From contig OZ245040.1 in the NCBI GenBank assembly GCA_965224195.1, positions 1,696,001-1,760,000 of the forward strand: DNA of 64,000 nt, in the 5' to 3' direction. The translations under genes were made by a program, and so were the position numbers. Under the pieces are notes generated by a model, which ran no database searches, had not been told where the DNA came from, and saw nothing but the letters and a program-made list of their open reading frames with translations. Source of the DNA: Nitrosopumilus sp. (GTDB lineage: Archaea > Thermoproteota > Nitrososphaeria > Nitrososphaerales > Nitrosopumilaceae). Positions 63,855-64,000 of this stretch are shown piece after piece; position 1 is the first letter of the stretch; every line of letters starts with the position of its first letter.

Positions 63855-64000
63855 ATGATAGTTGATCTAAATCTCCAAAGTAAAAAAATCATCATTGTAG
63901 GAGGAGGAAGTGAAGCACAAAAAAGAATTAATTCATTACTCAAACAAGAATGTGACATTATCATAATTACAGATTCTGTAAATTCGCAGATAAACAAACT
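63855..64000 (+). CDS. Precorrin-2 dehydrogenase/siroheme synthase N-terminus (runs off window)
   Basis: MIVDLNLQSKKIIIVGGGSEAQKRINSLL. Confidence 0.85.
   Translation, partial: MIVDLNLQSKKIIIVGGGSEAQKRINSLLKQECDIIIITDSVNSQINK

Overview
Chromosomal window from a Nitrosopumilus-like thaumarchaeon, probably host-associated (inferred from giant adhesin-like genes and heavy pseudogenisation). Positions 1-40.7 kb and 47.3-52 kb are accessory DNA: decayed IS5/IS1595 remnants, toxin-antitoxin genes, two giant GC-richer surface proteins (NHL-repeat and FG-GAP-repeat), a DUF5131/TcmP pair and an integrase remnant with three repeated att-like sites. Two members of a cargo-carrying DDE transposon family are bounded by 72-bp terminal inverted repeats. 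One carries SNF2 helicase, Mrr nuclease, twin ParB-like genes and an MT-A70 methylase; the other carries a type III Res remnant. The rest is mostly archaeal core: pus10, srp54, dph6, aIF5A, intron-containing tRNA-Tyr, csp, aIF1A, adh, scpAB, rps8e, srp19, gar1, tfb, sufC and heme genes. The most unusual signal is three unrelated loci, each with a 36-38-bp direct duplication around a 36-37-bp unique insert. This is the geometry of Cas1-Cas2 spacer integration, but outside any CRISPR array. At one site the intact partner TIR shows the pre-insertion state.
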